Assembly: GCA_963795255.1 (NCBI GenBank) | Contig: CAWCHC010000022.1 | Location: 20,845 to 84,844 of the forward strand | DNA: 64,000 bases | Direction: 5' to 3' | From: an uncultured Alphaproteobacteria bacterium | GTDB lineage: Bacteria > Pseudomonadota > Alphaproteobacteria > Rhizobiales > Xanthobacteraceae | Shown here: one piece after another, positions 40,934 through 50,869 of the stretch | How the letters are laid out: each line of letters opens with the position of its first letter | How positions within the stretch are numbered: position 1 is the stretch's first letter | Notes under the pieces: generated by a model | What the model was told of the DNA's origin: nothing | Seen by the model: the letters and a program-made list of their open reading frames with translations, nothing else | Database searches by the model: none | Program-made: the position numbers and the translations under genes

Positions 40934-41818
40934 TTACTCGTTCATCCCAAGGGTCGCCGCGCCCCTTTGGCCGAACAAGCCGTTCGGCCGAAAAATCATC
41001 ACCAGCAGGAACAGCAGGAAAAAGAACAGCTGCCCAAAAGCAGGCGCGACATAATAAGAACTCACCGATTGCACCACGCCGACGCAGAAGCCGCCGAGCA
41101 GCGCGCCCTCGATGCTTCCCATGCCGCCCAGCACTACAATCACGAAGGCAATCAACACGAAGTTCAGCCCGACGGTCGGAAACACTGAAAACAGCGGCAG
41201 CATCACGCAGGCCGCAAGCCCGACCAGCGCCGAACCGGCAGCAAACGTGATCAGGAATATCTTCGGGACCGCAATCCCCATCAGTTTTGCCGCTTCGCCG
41301 TCCTGCACGGTGGCGCGGATCGCCTTGCCGAGGAACGTGTACTTGATCACCCATTGCAGGACGACGGTGCAAGCGAGCGTGACGACAAAACCGAGCAGCA
41401 GTTCGCCCTTGATGAAGATATGCCCGATCGAAATCGAGCGGCCGAAGATCGGAGGCACGTCGCGAAGGTCGGCGGTCATCGCCATCAGCGCGGCGTTTTG
41501 CAGGAAGATCGACATGCCCATGGTGGCGAACACCACGACCAGGTGCGGCTTCTCCAGCGCCGAACCGATGACAAGCCGATAGATCAGCGCGCCGAACAGG
41601 AACATCGCGGGCACGACGGCGACCGCCGCAACATACGGATTGAGGCCGAGCAATTTGCTGAACGCCCAGGCGCCATACATCGCGATCATCAGAAATTCGC
41701 CATGAGCGAAGTTGACGACGCGCAAGACGCCGAAAATCAGCGTGAGACCGATGCTCATCAGCGCGTAGATGCTGCCGATCAGAAGGCCGGAAATAACGAG
41801 TTGGATGATCGTGTTCAT
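40934..41818 (-). CDS. livH: LivH-like ABC permease
   Basis: YALMSIGLTLIFGVLRVVNFAHGE, VLGGMGS. ATG at 41818. Confidence 0.92.
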   Translation of the reverse strand: MNTIIQLVISGLLIGSIYALMSIGLTLIFGVLRVVNFAHGEFLMIAMYGAWAFSKLLGLNPYVAAVAVVPAMFLFGALIYRLVIGSALEKPHLVVVFATMGMSIFLQNAALMAMTADLRDVPPIFGRSISIGHIFIKGELLLGFVVTLACTVVLQWVIKYTFLGKAIRATVQDGEAAKLMGIAVPKIFLITFAAGSALVGLAACVMLPLFSVFPTVGLNFVLIAFVIVVLGGMGSIEGALLGGFCVGVVQSVSSYYVAPAFGQLFFFLLFLLVMIFRPNGLFGQRGAATLGMNE

Positions 41819-41867
41819 CGGCGCGTTCCGACGGCCGGATAAAGCACGGCAACCGCTCGAGTCGGGA

Positions 41868-43136
41868 TCAACGCTTACTCCAATCCGGCAGCGGCACCAT
41901 GATCGGCGGCTGGGTCGCGAGTTCTCGCGGATAGACTTCCTCATTGCCCGCCTTGGTCCACTGCCAGACGCCGATCGAGGCGCGCAGATTCTGGCCGGCA
42001 TCCTTGGGATCGTCGGGCCAGTCGAAATTGGTGAACTTGATGCCGCTGCCGTTGACCAGCGAACCCGCCGGCAGATCGAGTTTCAGCGCGATCTCGCGCA
42101 ATTCGTCCGGCTCGAACGTCTTGGCCTTCGGCAAGACTTCGGTGAACAACGCCCAGATCGCCGAGAAGCCCGCGGCGGCGTGCCCGGCGGGCGGGCGCTT
42201 CAGCTTGGCCTCATAGCGCTTGTAGAACTCGTCGGCGACCTTCCTGGTTTCAGGCGTCAGCACCGCGGCGTTCACCTTCGGCGGAAAATCGGCGACGAAG
42301 ATCCCGCTCACGGCATCGCCGATCGATTCCCTCAAGTCAGGCGACGAGTAGCCGGCGGAAACGCCGATGAACGCCGCCGTGTTGAAATCCAGCTCCTTGG
42401 CCTTGCGCTGGAACAGGATTGCATCGTTGGGAAACGAGATCGCGATCACGATATCGGGCGCGACGTCTTTCAGTTTCTGCACGATCGGCGTCATGTCGGT
42501 CGAGGTCTGATCATAGCCCTCGTCATAGGCGAGCTTGATGCCTTTTCCTTGCGTGTAGGCACGAATGCCGTCGCCGACGGATTTTCCGAACGCGCGGTTC
42601 TCCCACAACAGGGCGATCTTCAGCGCGTCGACCGGCTTGTTCAGCCGCTTGGCGAGGTCGTCGATAATGAAATCGACCGCGGCCTGTCCGTATTTGCGTG
42701 CCGGCGCGCCGACCTGGAAGGTGTGCTTGAAGCCGCGGCGCGTGATGATTTCGGCCGCTCCCGTCGTCTCCCAATGAAACACGCCATGGCGCTCGGCCGC
42801 CTGGCTCACCGCGATCGCGATCGGCGAGGCGAACGAGCCGGTCGTGATCTTGATGCCATCCTTGGTGATCAGCCGTTCGGTCTCGCTAATCGCTGCATTC
42901 GGCGTGTTGGCGTCGCCCTGGAGGTATTCGACCTTGCGGCCGTTGATCCCGCCGCGCTCGTTGATCATGTCGCGCGCGATCTGCATCGCCTCCCAGTTTT
43001 CGAGACCGTTCTTGGCGAGCGGCCCGGTCAGCGGCAGCAGTACACCGATCCGGATATTTTCCTGTGCCTTCGCCGGCAGCTGCGCAGCGAGACACAGGGA
43101 CGCCAAGGTGATGCAGACTAGCTTGAGGCCCCTCAT
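41868..43136 (-). CDS. LivJ-type ABC substrate-binding protein
   Basis: Signal peptide, then IRIGVLLPLTGPLA, INERGGINGRK. ATG at 43136. Confidence 0.9.
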   Translation of the reverse strand: MRGLKLVCITLASLCLAAQLPAKAQENIRIGVLLPLTGPLAKNGLENWEAMQIARDMINERGGINGRKVEYLQGDANTPNAAISETERLITKDGIKITTGSFASPIAIAVSQAAERHGVFHWETTGAAEIITRRGFKHTFQVGAPARKYGQAAVDFIIDDLAKRLNKPVDALKIALLWENRAFGKSVGDGIRAYTQGKGIKLAYDEGYDQTSTDMTPIVQKLKDVAPDIVIAISFPNDAILFQRKAKELDFNTAAFIGVSAGYSSPDLRESIGDAVSGIFVADFPPKVNAAVLTPETRKVADEFYKRYEAKLKRPPAGHAAAGFSAIWALFTEVLPKAKTFEPDELREIALKLDLPAGSLVNGSGIKFTNFDWPDDPKDAGQNLRASIGVWQWTKAGNEEVYPRELATQPPIMVPLPDWSKR

Positions 43137-43282
43137 GAACGGCTCCGCCCACGCGTTATTAGTGAAAAACAAAAGCCTAACAACGGCTCCCGCATGCATC
43201 AATCGAATTCTTGCGAACCAACGGACGCGCGCTCCTGCTGCGACAACTTGGACGTTTGCGCCGCACCCGCGGATCGTTGCAA

Positions 43283-44566
43283 TCAGGTCGAAAGCGCGAC
43301 TTCGCCGGGGACGTAACCGATCAGGTCGATCGCCACCATCGCGTCCTTGACGGGAAGCCCGCTGGTTTCGACCGTGGTGCGCGCCGGCGGCGTCTTGAAG
43401 AACTCCTTCCACACCTCGTCAAAAGCGCTGAAATTATTCAAATCGTCGAGGAAGACCTGCGCCTTGATGACATGGTCCAGAGAACTACCGGCCGCCTCGA
43501 ACGTCTTCGCCAGTTTGTTCAATACGTAACGCGTCCGCAGCTTGATGTCCGAACCGTAGAACGGAAAGTTCGGGTCCTTCTTGGCTTCCACCGGAATGCC
43601 CGAAGTGAAATCCGTCGGCAACGCGCCTTCGGCGAACACCAGCCCGCCGGCGACGACCGCCTCCGTATAGCTCGCCGCACCTTTGGGATTCGACGTCTTC
43701 ACCGTGCGCGCGTTGACCTTGCCAGGGATGTAGCCGATCAGGTCGATCTCGATATGCGCATCCTTCACCAGCAGCCCTTTAGTCTCGATCCCGCTGGTCC
43801 CGACCACGGTGGTCGGCGGCGGCATCTTGAAATATTCGCGCCACACCTCTTGAAAGGCGTCATGATCCGCAATGTCCTCCAGAAACACTTGCGCCTTGCA
43901 AATGTGCTCAAGCGAGCTGCCCGCGGCCTCGAAGGTGCGCGCGAGATTCTTCATCACATAATGGGTGCGCTTCTTGATATCGGAGCCATAGAACGGAAAG
44001 TTCGGATCCTTCTTCGCCTCAGCCGGAACGCCGGTCTTGAAATCCGACGGCAGCTGACCGGCGGCAAATATCAGCCCACCGACCGTAAACGCTTCGGTAT
44101 AATGCGCGATCGGCCGGACATTTTCAGACTTGATCAGTTGGCTTTTGAGCTTGCCCGGTACGTAGCCGATCAGATCGATTTCGATCTGCGCGTCCTTGAC
44201 CAGCAAGCCTGTCGTCCCAACGGTCGTACGCGCGGGCGGGATCTTGAAATATTCCTTCCACACCTCGTCGAAGGCATGGAAGTCGCGCAGGTCCTCCAGA
44301 AACACCTGCGCCTTGACAATGTGATCGAGCGAACCTCCCGCGGCCTCGAAGGTACGCGCGAGATTCTTCATGATGTAATGCGTGCGCTTCTTGATATCCG
44401 AGCCGTAGAACGGAAAGTTCGGGTCTTTCTTGGCCTCAGCCGGAATGCCGGTCTTGAAATCGGTCGGCAGTTGACCGGCCGCGAAGATTAAGCCGCCAAC
44501 GTCAAAGGCCTCGGTGTAGACCGCCAGCGGCTGCGGATTGTCCGACTTGATGATCCTGGCTTGCAT
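43283..44566 (-). CDS. Tandem triple RidA-domain protein (427 aa)
   Basis: Three ~140-aa repeats, each with YTEA, GGL.FA, AKKDPNFPFYGSDIK.RT.Y, KAQVFL.D, IDLIGY.PG. DNA anchor gaacggaaagttcgg at 43559, 43991 and 44408. Confidence 0.93.
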   Translation of the reverse strand: MQARIIKSDNPQPLAVYTEAFDVGGLIFAAGQLPTDFKTGIPAEAKKDPNFPFYGSDIKKRTHYIMKNLARTFEAAGGSLDHIVKAQVFLEDLRDFHAFDEVWKEYFKIPPARTTVGTTGLLVKDAQIEIDLIGYVPGKLKSQLIKSENVRPIAHYTEAFTVGGLIFAAGQLPSDFKTGVPAEAKKDPNFPFYGSDIKKRTHYVMKNLARTFEAAGSSLEHICKAQVFLEDIADHDAFQEVWREYFKMPPPTTVVGTSGIETKGLLVKDAHIEIDLIGYIPGKVNARTVKTSNPKGAASYTEAVVAGGLVFAEGALPTDFTSGIPVEAKKDPNFPFYGSDIKLRTRYVLNKLAKTFEAAGSSLDHVIKAQVFLDDLNNFSAFDEVWKEFFKTPPARTTVETSGLPVKDAMVAIDLIGYVPGEVALST

Positions 44567-44593
44567 CTTTCAACTCCACGCAAGAGCCCGCGA

Positions 44594-45736
44594 CTAGTTC
44601 TGAACCGGCATATTACGCGCGTTGGTCTCCTTGCCGTCCACGATCTTCACGACATGGGTCACGAGCAGCGGATCGCCCTTGTCATCGAACTTGAACGGAC
44701 CGCGGCTACTTTCGAAGCTGACCCTGGCCAGCGCATCGCGAACCGAGGCGCGATCGGGCTTGCCGGCCGCTTCGACCGCCATGATGGCCATGGTTGCAGC
44801 GTCATAGGCTTCGGCCGCATAGGAGTCCGGATTGCGGCCATAGGCCTTTTTGAATTTGGCGATGAAGTCCTTGGCGACCGGAATATCCGACGCCGTCGCG
44901 ACACTGAAATGCGCGGTGAAATAAATGTCGTCCGAAGCCGGCCCCGCGAGCTCGATGAATTTGGGCGAGGCGATGCCGTCGGAACCGAAGCGTATCAGAT
45001 TCAACCCGGTCTGAACGAATTGTTTGGCGACCAGCGCGCCTTCGGTGTAGCGCGACCACTCGACCATGGCCTGGGCCGGGCTCGCCTTGATGTGCCCGAG
45101 TTGTGCCGTGAAGTCGATGTCCCCGCGGGTATAGCGCTCTTCATCGACGATTTCGAAACCGTATTTGGCGCCAGCTGCCTTGAACGCCTCGAAGCCACCG
45201 CGGCCGAAATCGTCATTGACGTAAAGGAACGCGAACTTTGTCACCTTCGGAAATTTCTCATGAATAAAATCCACGAGGTCGGCAACGAGCTTCGTATCAG
45301 GCACCGGTGAACGGAACACCCATTTGTTACCCGAGGTGGTGATCTTTTGCGCGGTGCCGCCGACCACGATCTGAGCGGTCTCCGACTGACGGCTGACTTG
45401 CGACGCCGCGAGACTCGCAGGACTGGAGATGCTTCCGATATTGAGAAGAACGTCGTCACGCGAAATCAGCCGTTTGACCGTATTGACGGCTTCCTCAGGC
45501 TTGCCGCCGTCGTCCGCGTAGACCGGCTCGATTTGCTGGCCGTGGATGCCGCCGGCAGCGTTCTTTTCCTGAAAGACGAGGCTGACCGCGTCCTTCTCGC
45601 TGCCGCCCATGGCGGCGGCATCTCCGGAAAATGGACCGAACACGCCGATCTTGATGGTTTCTGCGGCCGACGGCTGGACGAAGGCCGCGATTATGAAGGC
45701 GGCGGCGATAGCGCCGCGGGCATTTAGGAAACGCAT
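44594..45736 (-). CDS. LivJ-type ABC substrate-binding protein
   Basis: Signal peptide; IKIGVFGPFSG, DDGGKP, NDDFGRG, DFTAQL, AYDA. Confidence 0.92.
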   Translation of the reverse strand: MRFLNARGAIAAAFIIAAFVQPSAAETIKIGVFGPFSGDAAAMGGSEKDAVSLVFQEKNAAGGIHGQQIEPVYADDGGKPEEAVNTVKRLISRDDVLLNIGSISSPASLAASQVSRQSETAQIVVGGTAQKITTSGNKWVFRSPVPDTKLVADLVDFIHEKFPKVTKFAFLYVNDDFGRGGFEAFKAAGAKYGFEIVDEERYTRGDIDFTAQLGHIKASPAQAMVEWSRYTEGALVAKQFVQTGLNLIRFGSDGIASPKFIELAGPASDDIYFTAHFSVATASDIPVAKDFIAKFKKAYGRNPDSYAAEAYDAATMAIMAVEAAGKPDRASVRDALARVSFESSRGPFKFDDKGDPLLVTHVVKIVDGKETNARNMPVQN

Positions 45737-45739
45737 GGT

Positions 45740-46516
45740 TCAAACTCCCTTGTTGGCAGAAAACTCGTTCGCTGGGGCCTGCGCAACTTCCGCGGTTTCG
45801 AATTCCCAATCCTGTTCGCCGAGGTAGCTCGCCCAGACCTTTGGATTTTCGAGAAGTCGCTGGCTGGTATCGGCGAGTACGATGGAGCCAGTTTCGATCA
45901 CGTAGCCGCGCGTGGCGAGTTCGAGAGCGAGCTCGGCGTTCTGCTCGACCAGAAGAATGGTGACGCCATTTTGGCGGAAATAGTCGATCGCGCGCGCGAC
46001 CTCCTCGACCATGATGGGCGCGAGCCCAAGCGAGGGCTCGTCGAGCATCAAGAGAACGGGCTGCGCCATCATGGCCCGGCCAAAGGCCAGCATCTGCTGT
46101 TCGCCACCACTTAGAGAGCCGGCCAGTTGCTGGCGGCGCTCATAGAGCCGCGGAAATAGCTCGAAGACGCGCTCGCGCGTTTCGTTTTTCCTGGCGTGGG
46201 CGCGGGAGGAATAGGCACCGACGGTCAAATTCTGATGGACCGACAGCCGCGGAAACACGTGACGCCCCTCCGGCACGTGAATGATGCCCCTATCGACGAT
46301 CTGTTCGGGCGAAAAGTCGGTGATCGCTTCGCCCTGAAATTCGATTTTCCCGGTGTTGGGGCGAACCAGCCCGGAAATCGTTCGCAATGTCGTCGATTTT
46401 CCGGCGCCGTTCGAACCGATCAGCGCGACCACTTCGCCGGCTTCCACGACCATGTCGACGTTGCGTAAAGCGCTTACCGCGCCGTAGCCAGCGCTGATAT
46501 TTTCAAGGCGCAGCAT
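45740..46516 (-). CDS. livF: LivF-like ABC ATPase
   Basis: GSNGAGKST, HVPEGR, LSGGEQQML, LDEPSLGLAP, LVEQNA. Confidence 0.94.
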   Translation of the reverse strand: MLRLENISAGYGAVSALRNVDMVVEAGEVVALIGSNGAGKSTTLRTISGLVRPNTGKIEFQGEAITDFSPEQIVDRGIIHVPEGRHVFPRLSVHQNLTVGAYSSRAHARKNETRERVFELFPRLYERRQQLAGSLSGGEQQMLAFGRAMMAQPVLLMLDEPSLGLAPIMVEEVARAIDYFRQNGVTILLVEQNAELALELATRGYVIETGSIVLADTSQRLLENPKVWASYLGEQDWEFETAEVAQAPANEFSANKGV

Positions 46517-47324
46517 GGAGAAGCTCCGCCAGTTGTTTCGGTGCGCCGGTTTCCCGCCGCTTGAGCCCGCCGCCGAGGTAGGCCTTGATCACCTCCGGAT
46601 GGGCGCGGATTTCCGCTGGCGCGCCGTTGGCGAGCCGCTGACCGTAGTTGAGCACCGTGATGCAGTCACAGGACGGCATCACCACATCCATGTGATGCTC
46701 GACCAGGAGGATTGTCGTGCCGCCCCTGCGAATGGCCCGGATCAGGTCGACAAGACGCCGGCTTTCAACCCCGTTCAGGCCTGCTGCCGGCTCGTCCAGC
46801 AGGAGTAGCTTCGGCCGCGCCACGGTCGCCCGTGCAATTTCGACAAGCCGCTGCGAGCCGTAGGGTAAGTCATCTGCCCGCGTGTCGGCCAGATTGAGAA
46901 GGCCGACGAAATCGAGCGCCTCGCGGGCGCGCTCGGCAATGGCTGCTTCCTCGGCCTGTTGTGCGCGCGTGCGCAACAGCGCGCGCCAGATTTCGCAATG
47001 GGTCTCGCCGTGCATTCCGACCATGACGTTTTCGAGTACGGTCATGTCACGAAACAGTTTCAGGTTCTGGAAGGTCCGCCGGATGCCGGCGCGTGCCCGG
47101 CGATCGACTGACCAGCGCGTGATCTCACTGCCGGCAAAGCCGATCCGACCGCCGCTCGACAGAATGTGACCGGAGATCAGATTAAGCAGCGTGGTTTTGC
47201 CGGCGCCGTTGGGACCGATCAGCCCCTGAACCGATCCCGATGCGACCTCCATCGCAACGTCGCGGACCGCGACGAGACCGCCAAAACGGCGAGTAAGCCC
47301 ATCAATTTTCAACAGAGCGGACAT
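46503..47324 (-). CDS. livG: LivG-like ABC ATPase
   Basis: GPNGAGKTT, RTFQN, LPYG.QR.VEIARA, LDEPAAGL, VEHHM. Confidence 0.93.
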   Translation of the reverse strand: MSALLKIDGLTRRFGGLVAVRDVAMEVASGSVQGLIGPNGAGKTTLLNLISGHILSSGGRIGFAGSEITRWSVDRRARAGIRRTFQNLKLFRDMTVLENVMVGMHGETHCEIWRALLRTRAQQAEEAAIAERAREALDFVGLLNLADTRADDLPYGSQRLVEIARATVARPKLLLLDEPAAGLNGVESRRLVDLIRAIRRGGTTILLVEHHMDVVMPSCDCITVLNYGQRLANGAPAEIRAHPEVIKAYLGGGLKRRETGAPKQLAELLHAAP

Positions 47325-48301
47325 TACAGCCTCACCGCACCCGGCTTCTGCAAGATCGGCCACAGCCGAGGCGAGGCGAGGCGCCTGAAAAGATCAACCA
47401 GAATGCCGCTCAGGCCGCGGCTGCCGGCTCCCGCGAGCAAAATGACCATGAGCCCGAAAAGAATCAGCCGGAATTCTCCGGACGCGCGCAGCAGTTCCGG
47501 AATCAAAACGACAATGGCGGCGCCAAGCGCCGCGCCGGGCAAGCTGCTGATGCCGCCGATCACGACCATGATCAGGATATCGATCGATTTTTGGAAATCG
47601 AAATCGTTCGGATTGAGGTAGCGCGAATGGTAGGCGTACAGTCCGCCGGCGATGCCCGATACGATCGCAGCCAACAGGAAGCATTTGCTCTTGTAGAGCG
47701 AGATGGCGATTCCGCTGGCGCGCGCGGCTTCCTCATCCTGCGACATCGCGGTCAATGCGCGTCCGAACCGCGAATGCGTGATCCTGTCGAGCGCCAGAAA
47801 TACGCCGGCAGCGACAATCAGACAGACATAGTAAAATCGCGTCTCGCCGCCGAGCGACAGGCCAAACAAGGTTGGAGCCGGAATATCCATCATTCCGATG
47901 CTGCCGCCGGTCAGCCAATCCTCGTTAAGCATCACGAGATGGACTATGATCGCAAAGCCAAGTGTCGCCACCGCAAGGCTCGAGCCCTTGAGGCGAACGA
48001 TCGGGATCAGCAGCAGGCTGGATATTCCGGCAACCAGACCACCAGCCACAATCACCAGCATGAACGGCGAGCCGAACGAAACCGAAAGCGAGGCGGCGCA
48101 GTAGGCGCCAATGCCAAAGAACGCGCCCTGCCCCAGCGAAATGATACCGGCCGATCCAACCAGCAATTGCTGGGAAAATGCTAGAACGACACTGATTAGC
48201 GCCAAACTAAACACATGCACCCAATAGGCATTGGACTGCACGAACGGCAATGCGGCAAGCAGGAGCAGAAGGGCCAATCGGGCGAGCGGCACCGTACGCA
48301 T
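47324..48301 (-). CDS. livM: LivM-like ABC permease
   Basis: ISLGQGAFFGIGAY, LAVATLGF, WLTGG, VVIGG. Confidence 0.91.
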   Translation of the reverse strand: MRTVPLARLALLLLLAALPFVQSNAYWVHVFSLALISVVLAFSQQLLVGSAGIISLGQGAFFGIGAYCAASLSVSFGSPFMLVIVAGGLVAGISSLLLIPIVRLKGSSLAVATLGFAIIVHLVMLNEDWLTGGSIGMMDIPAPTLFGLSLGGETRFYYVCLIVAAGVFLALDRITHSRFGRALTAMSQDEEAARASGIAISLYKSKCFLLAAIVSGIAGGLYAYHSRYLNPNDFDFQKSIDILIMVVIGGISSLPGAALGAAIVVLIPELLRASGEFRLILFGLMVILLAGAGSRGLSGILVDLFRRLASPRLWPILQKPGAVRL

Positions 48302-48302
48302 T

Positions 48303-49187
48303 TCACACGGCCCGGCCATCCCGGGCAAACAGCCCGGACGGCATGAACAGAAGAATCGCGATGAGCACAACCATGCCGACCGCGTCCTTGTAGGCGGTCG
48401 AAATCAGCATTCCGGAAAATGTCTCGATGATTCCGAAAATCAGGCCACCGATCATCGCGCCCGCGACGCTTCCAAGACCACCGAGCGTCGCGGCGACAAA
48501 CGCCTTGATGCCGGTCATAAAACCCATATTGAACGACGCGAAGAACAGCGATCCCAGCAATACCCCGGCGGCGCCGGCCATCATGCCGGACAACGCGAAG
48601 GTGTAGGTTGTCGTCCGATCGACATTGACGCCCATCAACCGGGCGACATCCGGATCCTGCGCCGCCGCCTGCATGGCGATGCCAAGGCGGGTGTAACGAA
48701 AGAAGACGATCAAGGCGCCCATGATCAGGCCGCTGAGAACCACGATCCAGACGAGCTGCGGCGAGACTACAAAGCCCGCGACGACGATTCTGCTCGAGGC
48801 GAACAGCGTCGGATAACGCAGCGGCTCCGAACCCCACACCAGGCGCGCGACGTTCTGCAAGACGATCGAGACACCGAGCGTCGCGATCATGATGTTGATC
48901 AGCGAAACCCGGCGCAGCCGCAGCCTTCGATAGATGAAAAATTCGATGGCCATCGAAACCATGCCGCCGCCGATTGTGCCGGCCAGCAGCACCAGCACAA
49001 ACGGCATGCCATGCAACCAATAGGCGCTCAGCCCGATCATCGAGCCGATCATCAACATTTCGCCCTGCGCGAAATGAAGAATATCGGTGGCGCGGATGAT
49101 CATCGAGATTCCGAGCGCGATCAGACTGTAGATGCAGCCGATCGCTAGCCCGCCAAGCGTGGTCTGAACAAATTGATCGAGTGTCAT
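48303..49187 (-). CDS. livH: LivH-like ABC permease
   Basis: YSLIALG, HFAQGE, ARLMGVN, TLGGLGS. Confidence 0.92.
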   Translation of the reverse strand: MTLDQFVQTTLGGLAIGCIYSLIALGISMIIRATDILHFAQGEMLMIGSMIGLSAYWLHGMPFVLVLLAGTIGGGMVSMAIEFFIYRRLRLRRVSLINIMIATLGVSIVLQNVARLVWGSEPLRYPTLFASSRIVVAGFVVSPQLVWIVVLSGLIMGALIVFFRYTRLGIAMQAAAQDPDVARLMGVNVDRTTTYTFALSGMMAGAAGVLLGSLFFASFNMGFMTGIKAFVAATLGGLGSVAGAMIGGLIFGIIETFSGMLISTAYKDAVGMVVLIAILLFMPSGLFARDGRAV

Positions 49188-49245
49188 CTGCGCGTTCTCT
49201 CTTCATCAGAGCTAACGCTCGCTCGGCAAAAGCGGCAAGATCAAA

Positions 49246-49261
49246 TTGCATGCGAATGCAA
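49246..49261. promoter_or_regulatory. LacI-type operator palindrome TTGCATGCGAATGCAA
   Basis: 16-bp near-palindrome with central CG in the divergent livH/monooxygenase promoter region; nearly identical to 51941-51956. Confidence 0.75.
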
Positions 49262-49342
49262 AGGCAATTGGCCTATGTTTTGTGCAGCTTTTCAGCGGTA
49301 TCCGCGCGCAGGTGGAATCGAACAATGCCGCACTTAAAGCTT

Positions 49343-49358
49343 ATGCATACGTATTCAT
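49343..49358. promoter_or_regulatory. LacI-type operator ATGCATACGTATTCAT
   Basis: Same TGCATnCGnATGCA-like consensus, 97 bp from the first site. Confidence 0.65.
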
Positions 49359-49512
49359 TAAAAACAGGCACTTTCGCGGATGTAGCGACAAAACAGCGGT
49401 TCACGGGCCGCTTTCCCGGGCCGTTGGCATCAAGCGTGCAAGGAGCACCTGCTGCCGATTCTGATGCCAAATCTGCTGCCAAGTCTCAAATCGCGCCGGT
49501 TGGAGCCACCAC

Positions 49513-50853
49513 ATGAAAAAGAGAATTCACCTCGCCTTCGATTTTTCCTGGACCCATGTCGAGACGCAGTGGCGCCTCCCCGGCTCCTGGCTCGACCGGC
49601 AGCACCCCAATATCGGCATGTTCGAGGAAGTCGCCCGCGTTGCCGAACGCGGCGGGCTCGACATGATCTTCTTCGGCGACAGCACCGGGATTCCCTCGAC
49701 CTGGCAGGATTCGATCGAGGATGCCGTCAGCTACGGCGTCGCCTGGCCGCGTTTCGAGATGAGCCCATGGATCACGGCGATGTCACGCGTGACGCATCAC
49801 CTTGGTTTCGGGCTGACTTACGCCTCGACCTTCATGCACCCGTTTTACACCGCGCGGCTGCTCAACTCGCTGGACCACATCACCAACGGCCGCATCGCCT
49901 TCAACGTGATAACCTCGCAGCGTAAAGCCGACTACGCGAATTACGGCTACGACGAGCTGGTCGATCACAACGAGCGCTACGAGCGTCTGGAGGAGTTCAT
50001 CGACGTCTGCCACCGGCTGTGGGACAGCGTAGCGCCGGATGCCTTTGTCTGGGATCGCAAGACCGGCATGGTCGCCGACCCCACCAAGGTGAAAGCAATC
50101 AATCACGCGGGCAAGTTCTTCAAGGTCAAGGGACCGTTGAGCGTCGTTCCCTCGCCCCAGATCCATCCCGTAATCATCCAGGCGGGCGGCTCGCCCCGAG
50201 GCACTCGCGCGGCCGCCCACGTCGCCGATCACGTCTTCGGCCTAACCAAGAGCATTCCGCTGATGCAGCAACAGCGCAGCGATCTCGACAAGGCGCTGGT
50301 CGCGGAGGCCCGCGATCCGCAGAAGGTCGGAATCCTCTGGTCGAGCCGGGCGATTGTCGGCGAAACCGAAGCCGAAGCGCAGGCGCTGCGCGAAACCATG
50401 ATCGCGGATGTCCCGCTGGGCGCGGTCGGCGCCTGGCTGTCGCACAATACCGGTTATGACATGTCGCAGCTTCCGCCGCGATTTTCACTGAAAGAGTTGA
50501 ACGAACGCATCGTTGCCGCCAACGCCTCGCCGGTCGGCTTTGTCAGCCTGCTTGCCAAGCAGCATGGCGAAACGGCCGAGATCGATCGCGACGAATTCTT
50601 CCAATACGCCCTCCGCGCATCGACCGGCTACAACATCACTTTCGCAGGAACCGCCAGTAAACTGGCGGACCAGATGGAGGAGATGTTCGAGGCCACCGGC
50701 AGCCGCGGCGGGTTCATGCTCTCGATCGCACCGGGATCGCCGCGGGCGATCATGCTGAACATCGTCGACCAGCTAGTCCCGGAACTAAGGCGCCGCGGAC
50801 GTTACCGGACGACCTACGAAGGAAAAACCTTGCGAGACAACCTGGCGGAATGA
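49513..50853 (+). CDS. NtaA/DmoA family FMN-dependent monooxygenase (luciferase-like)
   Basis: AERGGLDMIFFGD, YASTFMHPF..AR...SLDH.TNGRIAFN, INHAGKFFKVKGPL, IIQAGGSPRG, YEGKTLRDNL. Confidence 0.93.
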   Translation: MKKRIHLAFDFSWTHVETQWRLPGSWLDRQHPNIGMFEEVARVAERGGLDMIFFGDSTGIPSTWQDSIEDAVSYGVAWPRFEMSPWITAMSRVTHHLGFGLTYASTFMHPFYTARLLNSLDHITNGRIAFNVITSQRKADYANYGYDELVDHNERYERLEEFIDVCHRLWDSVAPDAFVWDRKTGMVADPTKVKAINHAGKFFKVKGPLSVVPSPQIHPVIIQAGGSPRGTRAAAHVADHVFGLTKSIPLMQQQRSDLDKALVAEARDPQKVGILWSSRAIVGETEAEAQALRETMIADVPLGAVGAWLSHNTGYDMSQLPPRFSLKELNERIVAANASPVGFVSLLAKQHGETAEIDRDEFFQYALRASTGYNITFAGTASKLADQMEEMFEATGSRGGFMLSIAPGSPRAIMLNIVDQLVPELRRRGRYRTTYEGKTLRDNLAE

Positions 50854-50869
50854 GGCGATCGCGCCTCGT

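Noticed and set aside
43211-44566. CRISPR array or non-coding tandem repeat; 426-aa plus-strand ORF
   Set aside because: The repeats are ~420-bp in-frame coding domains with synonymous variation, and the plus-strand ORF is their antisense shadow. No cas genes or repeat-spacer pattern were seen in the window.
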